Source: Octopus sinensis (lineage: Eukaryota). Taken from it: a stretch of 64,000 nucleotides of DNA. The stretch spans positions 112,716,001 through 112,780,000 of the forward strand of contig NC_042998.1 of assembly GCF_006345805.1 (NCBI RefSeq), given 5' to 3'. A program made the position numbers and the translations under genes. Below, piece after piece: positions 48,792-60,979 of this stretch (positions are counted from its first letter, which is position 1; every line of letters starts with the position of its first letter). The notes under the pieces are model-generated. The model was not told where the DNA came from. It did not search any database and worked only from the letters and a program-made list of their open reading frames with translations.

Positions 48792-50432
48792 CACGACAGG
48801 CTTCTTTCAGTTCTCGTCTACCATATCCACTCACAAGGTTTTGATCGGCCCGAGGCTATAGTAGAAGGCACTTGCCCAGTGGGACTGTGAACCCGGAACC
48901 ATGTGGCTGGTAAGCAAGCTACTTTATTTCATCAAATTTGCCATGAAGGCATTGCAAAGAGTAGCTTGCGGGCTGTACAGAAACATTAATGAGATGAATG
49001 ATGAAAAAAAAAGTTGAAAAAATTATATTGAGGGGAGAAGACAAAAAACGCTCGCCGATTTTTTGCTTCTCTAATACATTATTATTTTTTTAAAAAAAAA
49101 AAATGAGGCATTAAACCTCTTACTTTAGTTTATTACAAATTTTCTTTTTGTCTTTAAAAAGAACACGCAAAAATGAGGCAATAAACCTTTTACCCAGACT
49201 GAGTCACCAAGTCTCTTCAATCATCCCCTATCAATTCTCTTGCAACCTGCAGGTAATCATGCAGCTGCAATCCGAGTCTCCAAAAGAGATAATTGTAATC
49301 TTTCTTCGAACAGGACTCCACTATTCGAAAGAAATCTCTTTCATTCACCACCAGCGCCGCTACCCGCAGCGGCCAATGCTGACTTTCAGTACAGGCCGAT
49401 TCCATCAGGTCCTGACTTACAAGACAACTCTCAACAAAGTTGTCAACAACCCCTCCCTTAGGATAGAATACCACATATTCTTTACTTTCACAGGGAGGGT
49501 CCATATCTTCCTCTGTCGGTGGCACGATTCCCACCGAAGAGGCCTCGGGACATGCCGGCAGTACACTGCACACCTCCGGCACTGTCCCATTCTTTTTTGT
49601 TTTTCCTTTTTATCTTTGGTGCGGGAGGAGTTGGCTCCTTCGCCATAACCGCAGGAACCTCGCTTCCTCCCACAACTTTGGGATCCCTCGGAGAGCAACC
49701 ATTGTTGCTCCCCTTCTTAATGACAGTTCTTCTTAATGACAGTTCTTCTTAATGTGGCCAGGCTCCAGGTACTGATGAGACTTGGGAGCGTCCCTCAAGA
49801 ATCACCGGATACCTAGACCCAGCCATCCTCAAAAAATCTGGAAGCACCGGCTGATTGGGTCCACAGGGTCAAAACTGCTTTTGACCCCACCCAATCAGCC
49901 GTAGGCAACATTCAAGAGCTTGGCTCCACAGCCACCCAGACCCCGGCGGAAAGTGTCCTCTATCCACTCGGGCTCTATTCCAGGTGGGAGCCCACACACC
50001 CAAGCTGTTGTCAATTTCCTTCCACGATATGTGGACAGAAACAGAATTTTCTCCACTTCCGGGGGCTGGCTCGCAAAAATGCGATCCTCCTCAGAGGTGT
50101 CAAATAGCAACTACACTGTTGCATATTTGACATTCCTTGCAATAAACTTGGTAGTCACGCCCACCAAAACAAAACAATTCTCACCGTTATGTGAGACTCC
50201 AAATACAACCACAGGCAGACAAATGCGTGGGACTCAGTAGAGATTTCTTGTTCGACAAAAATAAATAAACACGAGCAACAAAACTCCACTGAATCCAACA
50301 AAAAACAAATGTCTTACCTAGTATTTATGCTTCAATTATGCTTCAATTATACAACGACGTGACTCCAGCAGCGAAGAAGAACGCATCCACACAGTAGTGA
50401 GGTAAACAAGCTACTTACCACACAGCCACTCC
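48465..50432 (-). mobile_element. Family 1 SINE split into 48465-48924 and 50401-50432 by an inserted retroelement
   Basis: The SINE reads continuously (...GGTAAGCAAGCTACTT | ACCACACAGCCACTCCT) once 48925-50416 is removed. Confidence 0.92.
48925..50400 (-). mobile_element. ORF1-only Tx1/L1-like non-autonomous retroelement (HAL1-like), 1476 bp
   Basis: 16-bp TSD GGTAA(G/A)CAAGCTACTT. Decayed ORF1 (LFDTSEED...TYRGRKLTTAWVCGLPPGIE) with a degenerate knuckle (S)HQ(Y)LEPGHIKKNC. Only about 290 bp of T-rich sequence follows the ORF1 stop, ending at AATAAA. No ORF2. Confidence 0.8.
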
Positions 50433-50559
50433 TAGAAACATTTATTATTATTATCTTTTTTGAAGTTTTGTATGAGTTTCTAATGTACCCCCGGTGCACC
50501 TCTGTGTTGTTTTGGTATGTGTAAAATTGTCTTTTGGGGATGCAGAGTGGTGTTCAAAA

Positions 50560-50721
50560 TTCTATATTAGCTTTTATCCAATATATTCCTATCTCAGATT
50601 CACACACTTTTTGCAACGGTCCTTCGATTTTTCTAATCCCTGTAAAAGAACTCGGAAGTCTGAGCCTCTAACTAGGCCTTTCGCAATACCTTTACAGCCA
50701 GGAACTTTTCAGCACCCCTCG
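50560..50721 (-). mobile_element. Mariner-derived MITE fragment
   Basis: TIR end GGAACTTTTCAGCACCCCTCG then TA. The internal KKCVNLR*EYIG resembles a mariner C-terminus. Confidence 0.7.
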
Positions 50722-51159
50722 TATAAAACATCTATTCAATGGTCAAGATCTCTTGAATGGCCATTCCTACATAACAAATCAAGGAATTACCCGGCGATTT
50801 CACAATTTACAGATTGATAGAGTAAGACACTGCCCATTATTTTGGAACACTTGCAACTGTTTGTCTTAAACAGAATATTCTAAAGAGTTGCAATTTATTA
50901 TAAGCTCGTAAGATCAAACAGAATTCAATAGAACAGAAATTATGAAAAGTAGTCACCACAACAGACAAATCAAATCCAGGCTGATTATATCATGAAGAGT
51001 AAATGAAACCAGAGATGGAAGGATCGGTAGCAAATATTTGTTGTATAAAACAAAATTAATTCATTTTACTTGATGCGTAATTAATTCTAATGTACAGTGG
51101 AATCTACTTATTATAATCATGGTTAATGCTATCAACTGGTTGTTGTCATCAAAATTAGC

Positions 51160-51390
51160 GTGCCCCAAACTCTTTACTTAAAATGAATTTAAAATTATAA
51201 TTATCAGTGGTTATACTAATGAAGAAATTGTAAATGTAGATGAAACTGGATCGATTTGGAAATGAATGCTTGATAAAACTTTCTCGACAAAGTGTGTAAA
51301 ATTATAGGCAGAGTCCAAAGTAGTTGATGACAGTCTAGCGATTTCATTATGCCGAAATAGTGCCTGTGGTTTCAAATTAAAACTACGTCA
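51160..51390 (+). mobile_element. pogo/Tigger transposase fragment
   Basis: GYTNEEIVNVDETGSIWK*MLDKTF...SLAISLCRNSACGFKLKL resembles the Tigger FNADETGLFWK...LLLCGNAAGDFKLKP region. Confidence 0.7.
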
Positions 51391-51394
51391 ATCA

Positions 51395-51783
51395 ATCGAT
51401 CAAATGCCCGGGAAAACTGACAAAAGTGGTCTTGTTTCATCAGGACAATGCTCCATCACACAAGTCATTGCTCCCAATGGCTGCTATGTGTGACTGTGGC
51501 TTTGAACTAGTTGATCGCCCTCCCTATTCTCCTGATCTTTCTCCAACATGAAAAATCACTTGGCTGGGAACCAATATCGCAGTGATGATGACGTCATATC
51601 TGCTGCTGATGACGTTTTTGACGAACAGGATGAAAGCATCTTCACTAATGAAATCCAAGCACTGCAACACCAATGGGAGAAGTGTGTGCACCGCATGGGG
51701 AACTATGTTGAAAAAGAAACCTCATTTGGTCATACTCCATGAGAGTATCTTGGTCAGTCTATAAACTTTTCAGCTGGTCCTTG
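51395..51783 (+). mobile_element. Mariner 3' fragment (same family as 60980-62241)
   Basis: GKLTKVVLFHQDNAPSHK...PPYSPDL...EKCVHRMGNYVEK, plus a decayed TIR. Confidence 0.85.
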
Positions 51784-52110
51784 TACAGGGACATAGCAAA
51801 AATCTCGACTTCATTTACTCCAAAATATCATGAAATAAACGGTGATAATTAGCTTGCAAGTTGTGAACTTCAATGTGGAAGATCGTTTAAATTTAGAGCA
51901 GCTATGTGCATATAAGAATGAGGACAAGACGAAACAGGTGAAGTTGAAAGGTAAACGAAAGAATTCAGAATTACAGATGGAAAACAAATGATAGAGCGGA
52001 GTTGAAAATGCACTCAGCTATAAAGAATCATACAGAAAAAGAAGAAAAATTGAAAGTACTCCTCTTAAAAATCTTTAAAAACAGCCAACAACAACGTGGT
52101 TGTTTTTTTA

Positions 52111-52268
<158 letters not shown>

Positions 52269-52499
52269 CTGAAGCAAGTCAATAAATTTGTAAAACAAAA
52301 TTGCGTTCAATTCATTTTATTTATCTTTATTTATATCGATTCTCACACGCTTTTCATGAAAAGTATTTCAGAAAAATATAAATTTAGTATTTTTCCATGT
52401 CTAGACATCAATTGGTTATTTTACGTGTACTTTATATATTCGAAAACTGCTGTGGTCCTGCAATACACATAACCTAGAACAATCGAAATTTCTGTTGAT

Positions 52500-52578
<79 letters not shown>

Positions 52579-53176
52579 TTTGTACACATACATATGTGTG
52601 TGTGTATTTTGTACACATACATATGTGTGTGTGTATATGTGTGGGTATGTGTGTATGTTTACATACAAACAAACATATTGGGTCAAGTACAGAGAGAAAA
52701 AAGAAAAATTGGAACAAACATCCGTTTATAATAGTTAAATATACATCACTGGCCGTGTTCTTGCTGATGCAGGTCAATAAATTCGTAAAAAAAAGAAGCT
52801 GCGTTCAATTCAGTTCCTTTACTTATATCGGTTTTTCATTTGCCTTTCATAAAAAACATATGTTGGCATGCCCTCACACTGACACACACACACTCACACA
52901 CTCTCTCTCTCTCTCACACACACACACACGCGCGCGCGCGCACGCACACACACACACACACACACACTACACACTTTCATCACTATCTGAAGATGACCCA
53001 TACATTCAATCCTATCAAGCGAGATTATACTTTTTAAACGCACACTCCTACAAAATTACTCACATCAACTTTTCTGACGCCATGTCATGGAACAGCTATT
53101 TCTCCTCATAAATTCTTATCTTTTCTAATCCCCCACTTTCTGAATAGCTTTTCCTCCTCCCCGCTTTCCCCCCTCA

Positions 53177-53266
<90 letters not shown>

Positions 53267-53483
53267 TCTTTATCTATTTATCAATTTCTTCTCACTTTAA
53301 CTTACTCCGTCGTTTCATTTTATTTCAGAAGAAAAACTAACATGCGAAACGTCAAATACGAACTTTTCTTTTCACATAAGCGCCAAATTAGTACTTTATT
53401 GAGCGCACTGTATTCCTTCTATGTGAATATGTTTCTCTTGTTTTGCTAACTTCAATTAGCATTACACTTGTGTGGGGGGGGCG

Positions 53484-53864
53484 TATATACAGCAATAAGA
53501 AACTTGAGGGGAAGAACTTTTAGACATCATATTATGTCTATTTATTAGTTTTTTTTTTTTAAATTATAACGATATACATACATGTATAACATATTAAGCT
53601 TTACATATATAATATATAAAAATCTAAAAATACCAGTAATTATTAAAATATATAACGTAGAGCATAAAAAGTAGAATATATATATATGTTAATAATTACT
53701 GGTATTTTTATATTTTATATATTATACATGTAAAGCATAATATGTTATACATGTACGTATATTGTTATAATTGGGTTTTTTTTTAATAAATAGACATAAT
53801 ATAATGTCTAAAAGTTAATAAATACCACCTCTTGATCACCTCCATTTTTTTATTGCTGTATATA
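53484..53864. mobile_element. Palindromic fold-back MITE, about 380 bp
   Basis: Termini TATACAGCAATAA and TTATTGCTGTATA. Inner arms 53517-53650 and 53680-53815 are about 90% reverse complementary. Confidence 0.8.
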
Positions 53865-54143
53865 TTAAGGGTAAAAAAAATGTTTACCCTCAACCATTTA
53901 TTACATTCAGTAGTGTAATTGTCATGCAATGATGTGTTAATAATTGGGTATTCTACCGGCAGTATATTGGATAGATATTATCCCTTAGTTGGTTGGATTC
54001 ACAACCTCTAACTCTCTTGGAATTATATATTTATATATATATATATATATGCATGCATACATTGATATGTGTGTGTGTGTGCGTGTGTGTGTGTACGGTG
54101 CGTGTGCGTGTCGTGTGCACACACACACATATGTATATATGTG

Positions 54144-54212
<69 letters not shown>

Positions 54213-54391
54213 CGTGTGTTGTGTGTGTGTGTGTGTAAACATATATTAATATACATACATACATACATACATGCATATATATATATATATATATATAATA
54301 TATATATATATATATTATATATATATATATATATATATGAAAAAACAAGTCAAAAATAGAAAATGCTAAGATAATTTTATAGTGAATCTTT

Positions 54392-54429
54392 CAGTACCGG
54401 TTTCGGTCATTTTGAGACCTTTTCAACTG
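54392..54429 (-). ncRNA. Minimal type I hammerhead ribozyme motif (U3:A8 variant)
   Basis: The reverse complement parses as CAG-TTGAAAA-GGTC-TCAAAAT-GACC-GAAA-CCGG-TA-CTG: stem I, core, stem II, palindromic stem III, GUA cleavage triplet. Confidence 0.6.
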
Positions 54430-54639
54430 TAACGATTAAATAATTAAATTTAGAAAATTAGAAGAAAAGTTTTTTTTAAAGAATATTTCTGTAGTAGTGT
54501 TCAGATATAAGTAGCATTCTGCCTTTCTCTGACTCCCTTGTTTGCACTTGTGTGTTCGAGGTCGTATATTCTAGTTTCAGCTCAGAGCTGTGGCCATGCT
54601 GATGCACCGCCGTTTTACTACACTGTTATTACTAAGAGC

Positions 54640-55257
54640 GTCCTCTAATATGTGGCACTTGGTGAAGCACCTCTTGTCGTGAGGTAGGTTCATCTGGGAC
54701 TCTCGACAGGAAGATGTCCAGCTTTGACTTAAAAACCCCTACAAGTTCCTCAGACTCTTTGGGAGAATGTTAAAAAGCTGTGGGCCCTTGAAACCCAGAC
54801 TGTTGCAGTAACTGGTCCCGAAGCATGATAGCATTGCTGGGATCTTTGGCACTATGCAGTATCGTCCCGTTCTGGCATTGGTGTAGCTTTCAGTGCCAAA
54901 ATTTGGCACAATTCCTAGTTATTCCAGGATCTTCCAGATATATATAAATGCATGCCTCTCCCGTCTTCTTTCCGGGGAGTAGAGTCTTAACTGTTTCAAC
55001 CTTTCCCAGTAGCTGAGCTGTTGCAGAGAGACGATATTCTTTGTGAGTTTTCTCTGAATTGCTTCATGGTCCGTTGTTAATTTCACACTGGTGGGTGACT
55101 ACAGCTGTGAGCAGTAACCCAGGCGGCTGCGGACGAATGTCCGCCAGAGGACCACCATAATTTCCTTATTTCTGGTTCTGAATGTTCTTAGGATCCATCC
55201 AGCCAGTCGTCTGCACTTTGTCGCCATCCTGGTAATGTGCGCTTGGAAAAGGTATAA
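54640..55257 (-). mobile_element. CR1-group LINE 3' fragment
   Basis: GWILRTFRTRNKEIMVVLWRTFVRSRLGYCSQL...SYWERLKQLRLYS.ERRRER...GPQLFNILPKSLR...FKSKLDIFLSRVPDEP. Confidence 0.88.
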
Positions 55258-55357
55258 NNNNNNNNNNNNNNNNNNNNNNNNNNNNNNNNNNNNNNNNNNN
55301 NNNNNNNNNNNNNNNNNNNNNNNNNNNNNNNNNNNNNNNNNNNNNNNNNNNNNNNNN
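55258..55357. other. Assembly gap (100 N)
   Basis: Direct reading. The fixed length suggests a scaffolding placeholder. Confidence 1.
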
Positions 55358-55622
55358 TTTAATGTGTTTTGGTGTAATGTTAAAGAGAGCGGGGCCAATT
55401 GAGGTGAAATAATTGTGCGTATTGTTGTTATGAGATGAGAGTGTGATTTTTGTTTTGGGCGGATGGCACGGGGCCCAAGCCTTGGATGTACCTTAAAGGT
55501 GATGCCAACATCATTTGGGCAATGCTGATGGAATATTTTCCACATCATGCAGATGACGTAGCGCTCACGACGACGTTGGAGAGAATAGAGTTTTAGCTTT
55601 TCTAGTCGACCCCAATAGTCGA
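55358..55622 (-). mobile_element. CR1-group LINE fragment, second subfamily
   Basis: LDYWGRLEKLKLYSLQRRRERYVICMMWKI...IGPALFN. Confidence 0.85.
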
Positions 55623-55879
55623 GGCCTGTACATATATGCACACGCACGCGCACACATAAAACTGGCAATATAATATGTTATCTAAAAATGACAGTCAAAA
55701 ACCCTCGAATACACTTTACCATCTCGAAATAAGCATACATTGGAAAATGTATTCCGTGGTACAAGAAAAAGATGGGATTGTCGTGACTGGAATATCTTTA
55801 ATTACATCACCTGTGTATATCCCATATTTGTGGATATATAGCGTCGATTGGGTAGGGGTGAATGAGCAGGAATGTCTCA

Positions 55880-56450
55880 CCAAGGATCTTGATTCATATG
55901 GAACCAAGGGATAGCACGGACAGTCGCATGAGCTGAACTTTGGAAAGAGAAGCCCGGTGGATCAAATTCCTGCTTCAGGTATCTTAGAACGCTCTACTGA
56001 GTTCATATAACTCGTTCTTCTGGAGAAAGGTGAAGGCACCAGCTGACCTTTGCATTCGAGGGACCATGGAGCACATCCACTGTAGCTGTTATGGAACCAG
56101 CGAGCAACTGCTGGTCCCATGATCAGGCCATAATGGAGCATGATGGACACTATCCGCTAAATTACCCATTGTAGGCCTCTCCGCCTAACGAAGAAGACTA
56201 TCGGTTTTGTCATAGTTTGAGTATGAAGCATGTTGTAAGGATCAACTCCCTGGACCTGCTATCAACAGTGCAAACAGTATGCTGAAGGTCGACTTGAGAA
56301 GACAGCTGAAGTTTCAAGAATCTGTCGCCTCAACATCACTAAGGATAGGCAAGGTGCTAATCTCGGAAGCATCATGTCTGGGAGGATGAAAGCGAGGGAA
56401 GTAAGCGAGAGGGAGGACAAGACGCATAAGATAATGCAATTATACATACA
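55880..56450 (-). mobile_element. Possible very old LINE remnant
   Basis: GC-elevated, coding-like sequence with only weak CR1-like wording (RPTM, WFHNSYSGC). Not securely assignable. Confidence 0.25.
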
Positions 56451-56799
56451 TCTACAAAGTTGAGATGGTTATAATTGGAATGTCTTTCAACATGGATATA
56501 CTCGACCAGGATTGACCTGGGGCCAAAAACAATAATTCTATAAAATTTGCATCCTTTTTAATTTCCACTTCAAAATCCCGTCGTGGTCGGTTAAGTTCTC
56601 AAATTTCTAATTCATAAAACAAACACTTGCACTTTACTGAGGTCATTCATTATGTTCTTCCTCCCTTGCACACGCACACGCACACACATACACACACACA
56701 CACACACACAACACACACACACACACACAGACAAACAAACAAACAAACAAGCAAATATACACTTGTGTTCTGGGCCAATGTTATGATTAATTATTACAC

Positions 56800-57970
56800 T
56801 TGTTGGTAGAGTGGTAAACTGACAGAGCATTTGGGGAAAATGCCTTGTAGTAATTATTCCTGCTCTTTGAGTTCAGAGTTCAAATCCCGTTGTAATCAAC
56901 TTTACCTTTCATCCTTCTGGGGTCGATAGAATAGTATCACTCAAATAACTTCCTCCTCACAAAACTATATGGACCTTGTACCTTAGCTAGAAATTAAGAG
57001 TGATTGGTTGGCACAGTAGTTAGAATATCGAGAAAATACCTTGCGTGTTTTTCTTTACGTTCTGAGTTCAAACCCAGTTGGAGTCATCCTTGCCTTTCAT
57101 CCTTCCAATATTTATTAAATCAAGTAGTAGGTTGATTTAATTGTATATCCCCTTCTACCAGTTTTCTGGATTTGTAATTTGCATCAGAAACAATTGTTCT
57201 AAATGTTTTTTTTCTTTTTTTTTTTTTTTTGCTGTAGGTCATCTCTCATCCATCACACTTATGCTCTGAGATATTCCAGTCATGACCAAATCCCTTTTTT
57301 TTTTAAATCTTTATCTCGGACTATATTACCCAATGTGTAGGGTCTAACGTAAGGGAAAATTAATTGCTATTTCTAGCAGGTGAAGAAACTTCCTAGAATC
57401 CCTGCGTTCCTTCAGCTCGGTATTATATATACTGCTGTTATTTGTTCTTAGATCAATCCTGATCCAGTAGGTTGAAGGGCGTTCCAGGCTCGAAGGTGGG
57501 TTCCAGGTCATCCAGTCTTTTATTCAGATACAGGCCATTTAGGATAACATTGCCCATTATCTCCTTTCTTTGACCACTTTTTCTATCTGTATGTATGTAT
57601 GTATGTATGTATGTATGTATGTATGCATGCATGTATGTATGTATGTATGTATGTATGTATGTATGTATGTATGTGCACATACTTACATTTACCTACATGC
57701 GTGGAAAAGATAGTCGTTTGCAAAACAACGAAAAACGCAATGCCGTCTTGCCGTGTCACGTAATTTTAGATTCTCGGTTGTAATCCCGCCGCCATCGTCT
57801 TCGTGTACGCTATTTACTTACAGACCTTCACGATCTGAGAAAAAATCCAGGCGAAATTAACTTTGCTTTTCATTTTTCTGATGACGATAAAATTGTACCA
57901 GTTAAGTACAAGGATCGATTTAATCGGCTACATTCTCCTCTAAATTCATGATCTTGCTCTTAATCTAGAA
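56800..57970 (+). mobile_element. Old family 2 SINE copies (about 56800, 57000, 57820)
   Basis: Decayed GAGTTCAAA and CCTTTCATCCTT cores. Confidence 0.65.
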
Positions 57971-57984
57971 ATTAATATTTTGCA

Positions 57985-58605
57985 TAGATAGTGAGGTTTG
58001 TGTTGAGGGTAGAGCCAAACATTACCTGTATCATGGCGATTCACGCCAGGTATCGAAATACCGACATGATGACTGTTGCTCAATGTTCTGTGGCCACTGT
58101 ACAGGTTGTAAGACGTGACATGAACATCATGAAAATCACATCTTTGAACAGGGCTATAGGTTCAATTCATATGACTATGTGCAGCAGATGGTGACTATGG
58201 TAAAACCCTGACTGAAGAGGGTTGCTGCTGGAGGGTCATATAAAAGGCAGCCCAATATCTGGACGCCTAATTGCTCCGATCGTAATCCCATGGATTACTG
58301 TGTTTGCGTCGCAGTTGAGAAGAACACCAACAGCTCTGCTTGCAGCACCATGATCGAGCTGGTAATTAAAATCAAGGAGGTATTCGAAGATCTCCTCAGG
58401 GACAGAATGAGGAATACATGCACCAGGTTCCGCAGCTGTCTTGAGACCATGGTGAAAGCTGAAGGCGAATACTTTAAGTAAACTGTTTCTCACAGCCATA
58501 ATTTAGTTGATATCTTTTTTACTATTTTTAATACTTTTATTTTTGGATGGGATATTGTTTTCCTTTTCTGTTATGCAAACTGTTACATTTAGCTCGAACA
58601 CCCTA
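57985..58605 (+). mobile_element. Internally deleted DD37D (maT)-like element
   Basis: PNIWTPNCSDRNPMDYCV..VEKNTN...RFRSCLETMVKAEGEYFK*, with TIR end TTTAGCTCGAACACCCTATA. Confidence 0.8.
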
Positions 58606-58849
58606 TACATACATACATACATACATACATACATACATACATACATACATACATACATACATACATACATACATACATACATACATACATACATGAAGGT
58701 TGCCAACTCGATTTCGAGTAGAGCCATCGCCTGACTTCTTTATGCCTAGAATATCATCGATGAGTTGCACGAATATGGCTTTTGAGGCCTGCCAAAGACT
58801 TGCATGCTTTTTGACAATACATACATACATACATACATACATACATACA

Positions 58850-58880
<31 letters not shown>

Positions 58881-58889
58881 CAAACGATA

Positions 58890-59880
58890 TCCGAACGAGG
58901 AGTGTTACAGGTATCTAGGAATAGATACACTTGATAGCACTTGAATAGATACACTTGATGTAATGATGGCACTTCTAACAAGAAATGTGTAATCAAGGAA
59001 TCCTATACGTGTATGAATTAAATATAATCCTTAGAACATTCTACATGCAGTAATAAATCGGTGGCCCATAATATATTCACCGCATTAGTACTCATACCTA
59101 CATTGGTAAACTTGATTGCAGGCTGGGTGAGAGAAATTAAAGAAAGGCAAAAACTGAAGAATTAAAAAAAGACAAAACAACAAAAAGTTGTTATCGTGTG
59201 TTTGAAAAATGGAGGGATAATATTACTAACCAACGGAGAAGTAGCTGCTACATGACAATTTTTATCTCATACAAGCAGACAAATAACTGCACTCACGACC
59301 AATAAAGAGTGAATGACAAAATATAAACATTGTTTGGAGATAGTAAAAAAATAAACTGTAATACAAATTAAATATCCTCCTCAAACAGGAGCTAAAAGAT
59401 GTCAGCGAATATCTCCGGCATCAGAAGAGAGTAAATGAAAAGAAAAATAATCAACAAGAAGTTAATCGAACCAATCAGTAATTTATAGAGATATGAGGAT
59501 ACAATCAATAAATTATCTGGCAGATACAGATTCATTCAGGAGAAAAATCTGGAGTGAGGCAACAAAGTTTAATCAAAGTAACGAATGGCTCCAAGAGATC
59601 CTAACCAATAATTGTTTCTGCATTAAGCTAAAATCATACAGCATCAATGGTTAAACCTTTGGGACTGGTTTAAAAATTTTTGCATTAGAAAACTCCAGGA
59701 AATGGTTTCATTGCGGGAAGCTGGTGCAAAATCTATCCTTTTATCGACGTTATCTTATTATCCGTTATCAGAAAACTCTCAATGGAAACCAAACATATGA
59801 AGCTGGTAAAACAGATAGCCAAAAATAATATCACTCATATGGCGAAAAAAACTACCGACCAATTGCATGCCAAAATCTCG
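58890..59880 (+). mobile_element. Decayed R4/Dong-clade LINE fragment(s)
   Basis: IWSEATKFNQSNEWLQEI, KTPGNGFIAGSWCK, ECYRYLGID. Confidence 0.55.
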
Positions 59881-60856
59881 TAAATAAAATATTCAAACTG
59901 TTTGAACCTGTCCCTCTGAGATCACTGTGATAGCAAAGTCGACCCCAGCGGAATTTAAGCTCAGGCAGTAAAGACCAGAAAGTGTGACACCTATAGCTCT
60001 TTTCAGAAAGTCTTTGGCTGATTGGAGAAATCAAAAAACTTCTCCTCCGGCCACCGGAAATGAATTCAGCAGAGTGAATTCCGTTAAAAGCAGCCAAGAA
60101 ACAAGTGGTTATTTTATAGTGGGCGATGGATTAACACTACCTCTCACCAAAAAGAAACAACAGGTCACTTCGATGAACACCTACACAGGTTTTTGCCAAA
60201 TAATTTCACTTAAAATGGTTCTCTGGTTATATATTAGCATGCATATGAAATCATTTCTGAATAATCGCTGAAATAGTTACTGAAGAATATCTTAGACCAA
60301 CTGAAATTATCCGTGTAATTAGTAGACAAAAATTCCTTTAGTGGTACTTAAATCTACTGAAAGATCTTTAGATCAGTTGATCGAAATTTTAAAACTATTT
60401 AGTGAAAGCAACAGACATGTTTCAGTTTTAGTAAACCTCCTCAACAAAGCATATTCTATTCTGTTGATAAGGCCGACAGTGATCAATATGTACACACGCA
60501 TACATTTATACATTCACCAAACCATCAATATGTGTGCGTGTGCGTATGTGTGTGTGTATACACATAAATGTGTGTGTGTGTGTATACACATAAATGTGTG
60601 TGTGTGTGTGTGTTGTGTGTGTGTGTGTGAGGAGAATAGGGACATACAGACAGAGAAAGAATTAATAGCGTGCAATAACGTTAATTATGAATCCCATCAA
60701 TATAGCTCAGGGAAAATATCTCAGGTAAGGATTCTGTATACAACATACATGTACGGAAGAGTGTCACATATGCAATACACTGAGTTGAAAAATTTTGCTC
60801 ACCTGACGTTATTCTAGCAACTACAAAGAGCAAACTTTCTGATCCTATCACGGGAA

Positions 60857-60971
60857 AAATAAATTTCAGTGAAGGGACTTTAATAAAGTTATCTTCCTTG
60901 ACTGTAATTACAAGTTTTAATGACAGTCAAGGAAGATAACTTTATTAAAGTCCCTTCACTGAAATTTATTT
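60857..60971. repeat. Perfect 49-bp inverted repeat with a 17-bp spacer
   Basis: AAATAAATTTCAGTGAAGGGACTTTAATAAAGTTATCTTCCTTGACTGT and its exact reverse complement. Confidence 0.97.
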
Positions 60972-60979
60972 ATGATATA

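Noticed and set aside
55099-55668. Apparent 189-aa ORF and out-of-order LINE domains across the gap
   Set aside because: It is stitched through 100 N. The two sides are different CR1-like copies, so the order across the gap is uninformative.
60270-60312. CTGAAGA...GAAA as a second hammerhead
   Set aside because: The intervening sequence cannot form stem II and no stem III or cleavage triplet follows.
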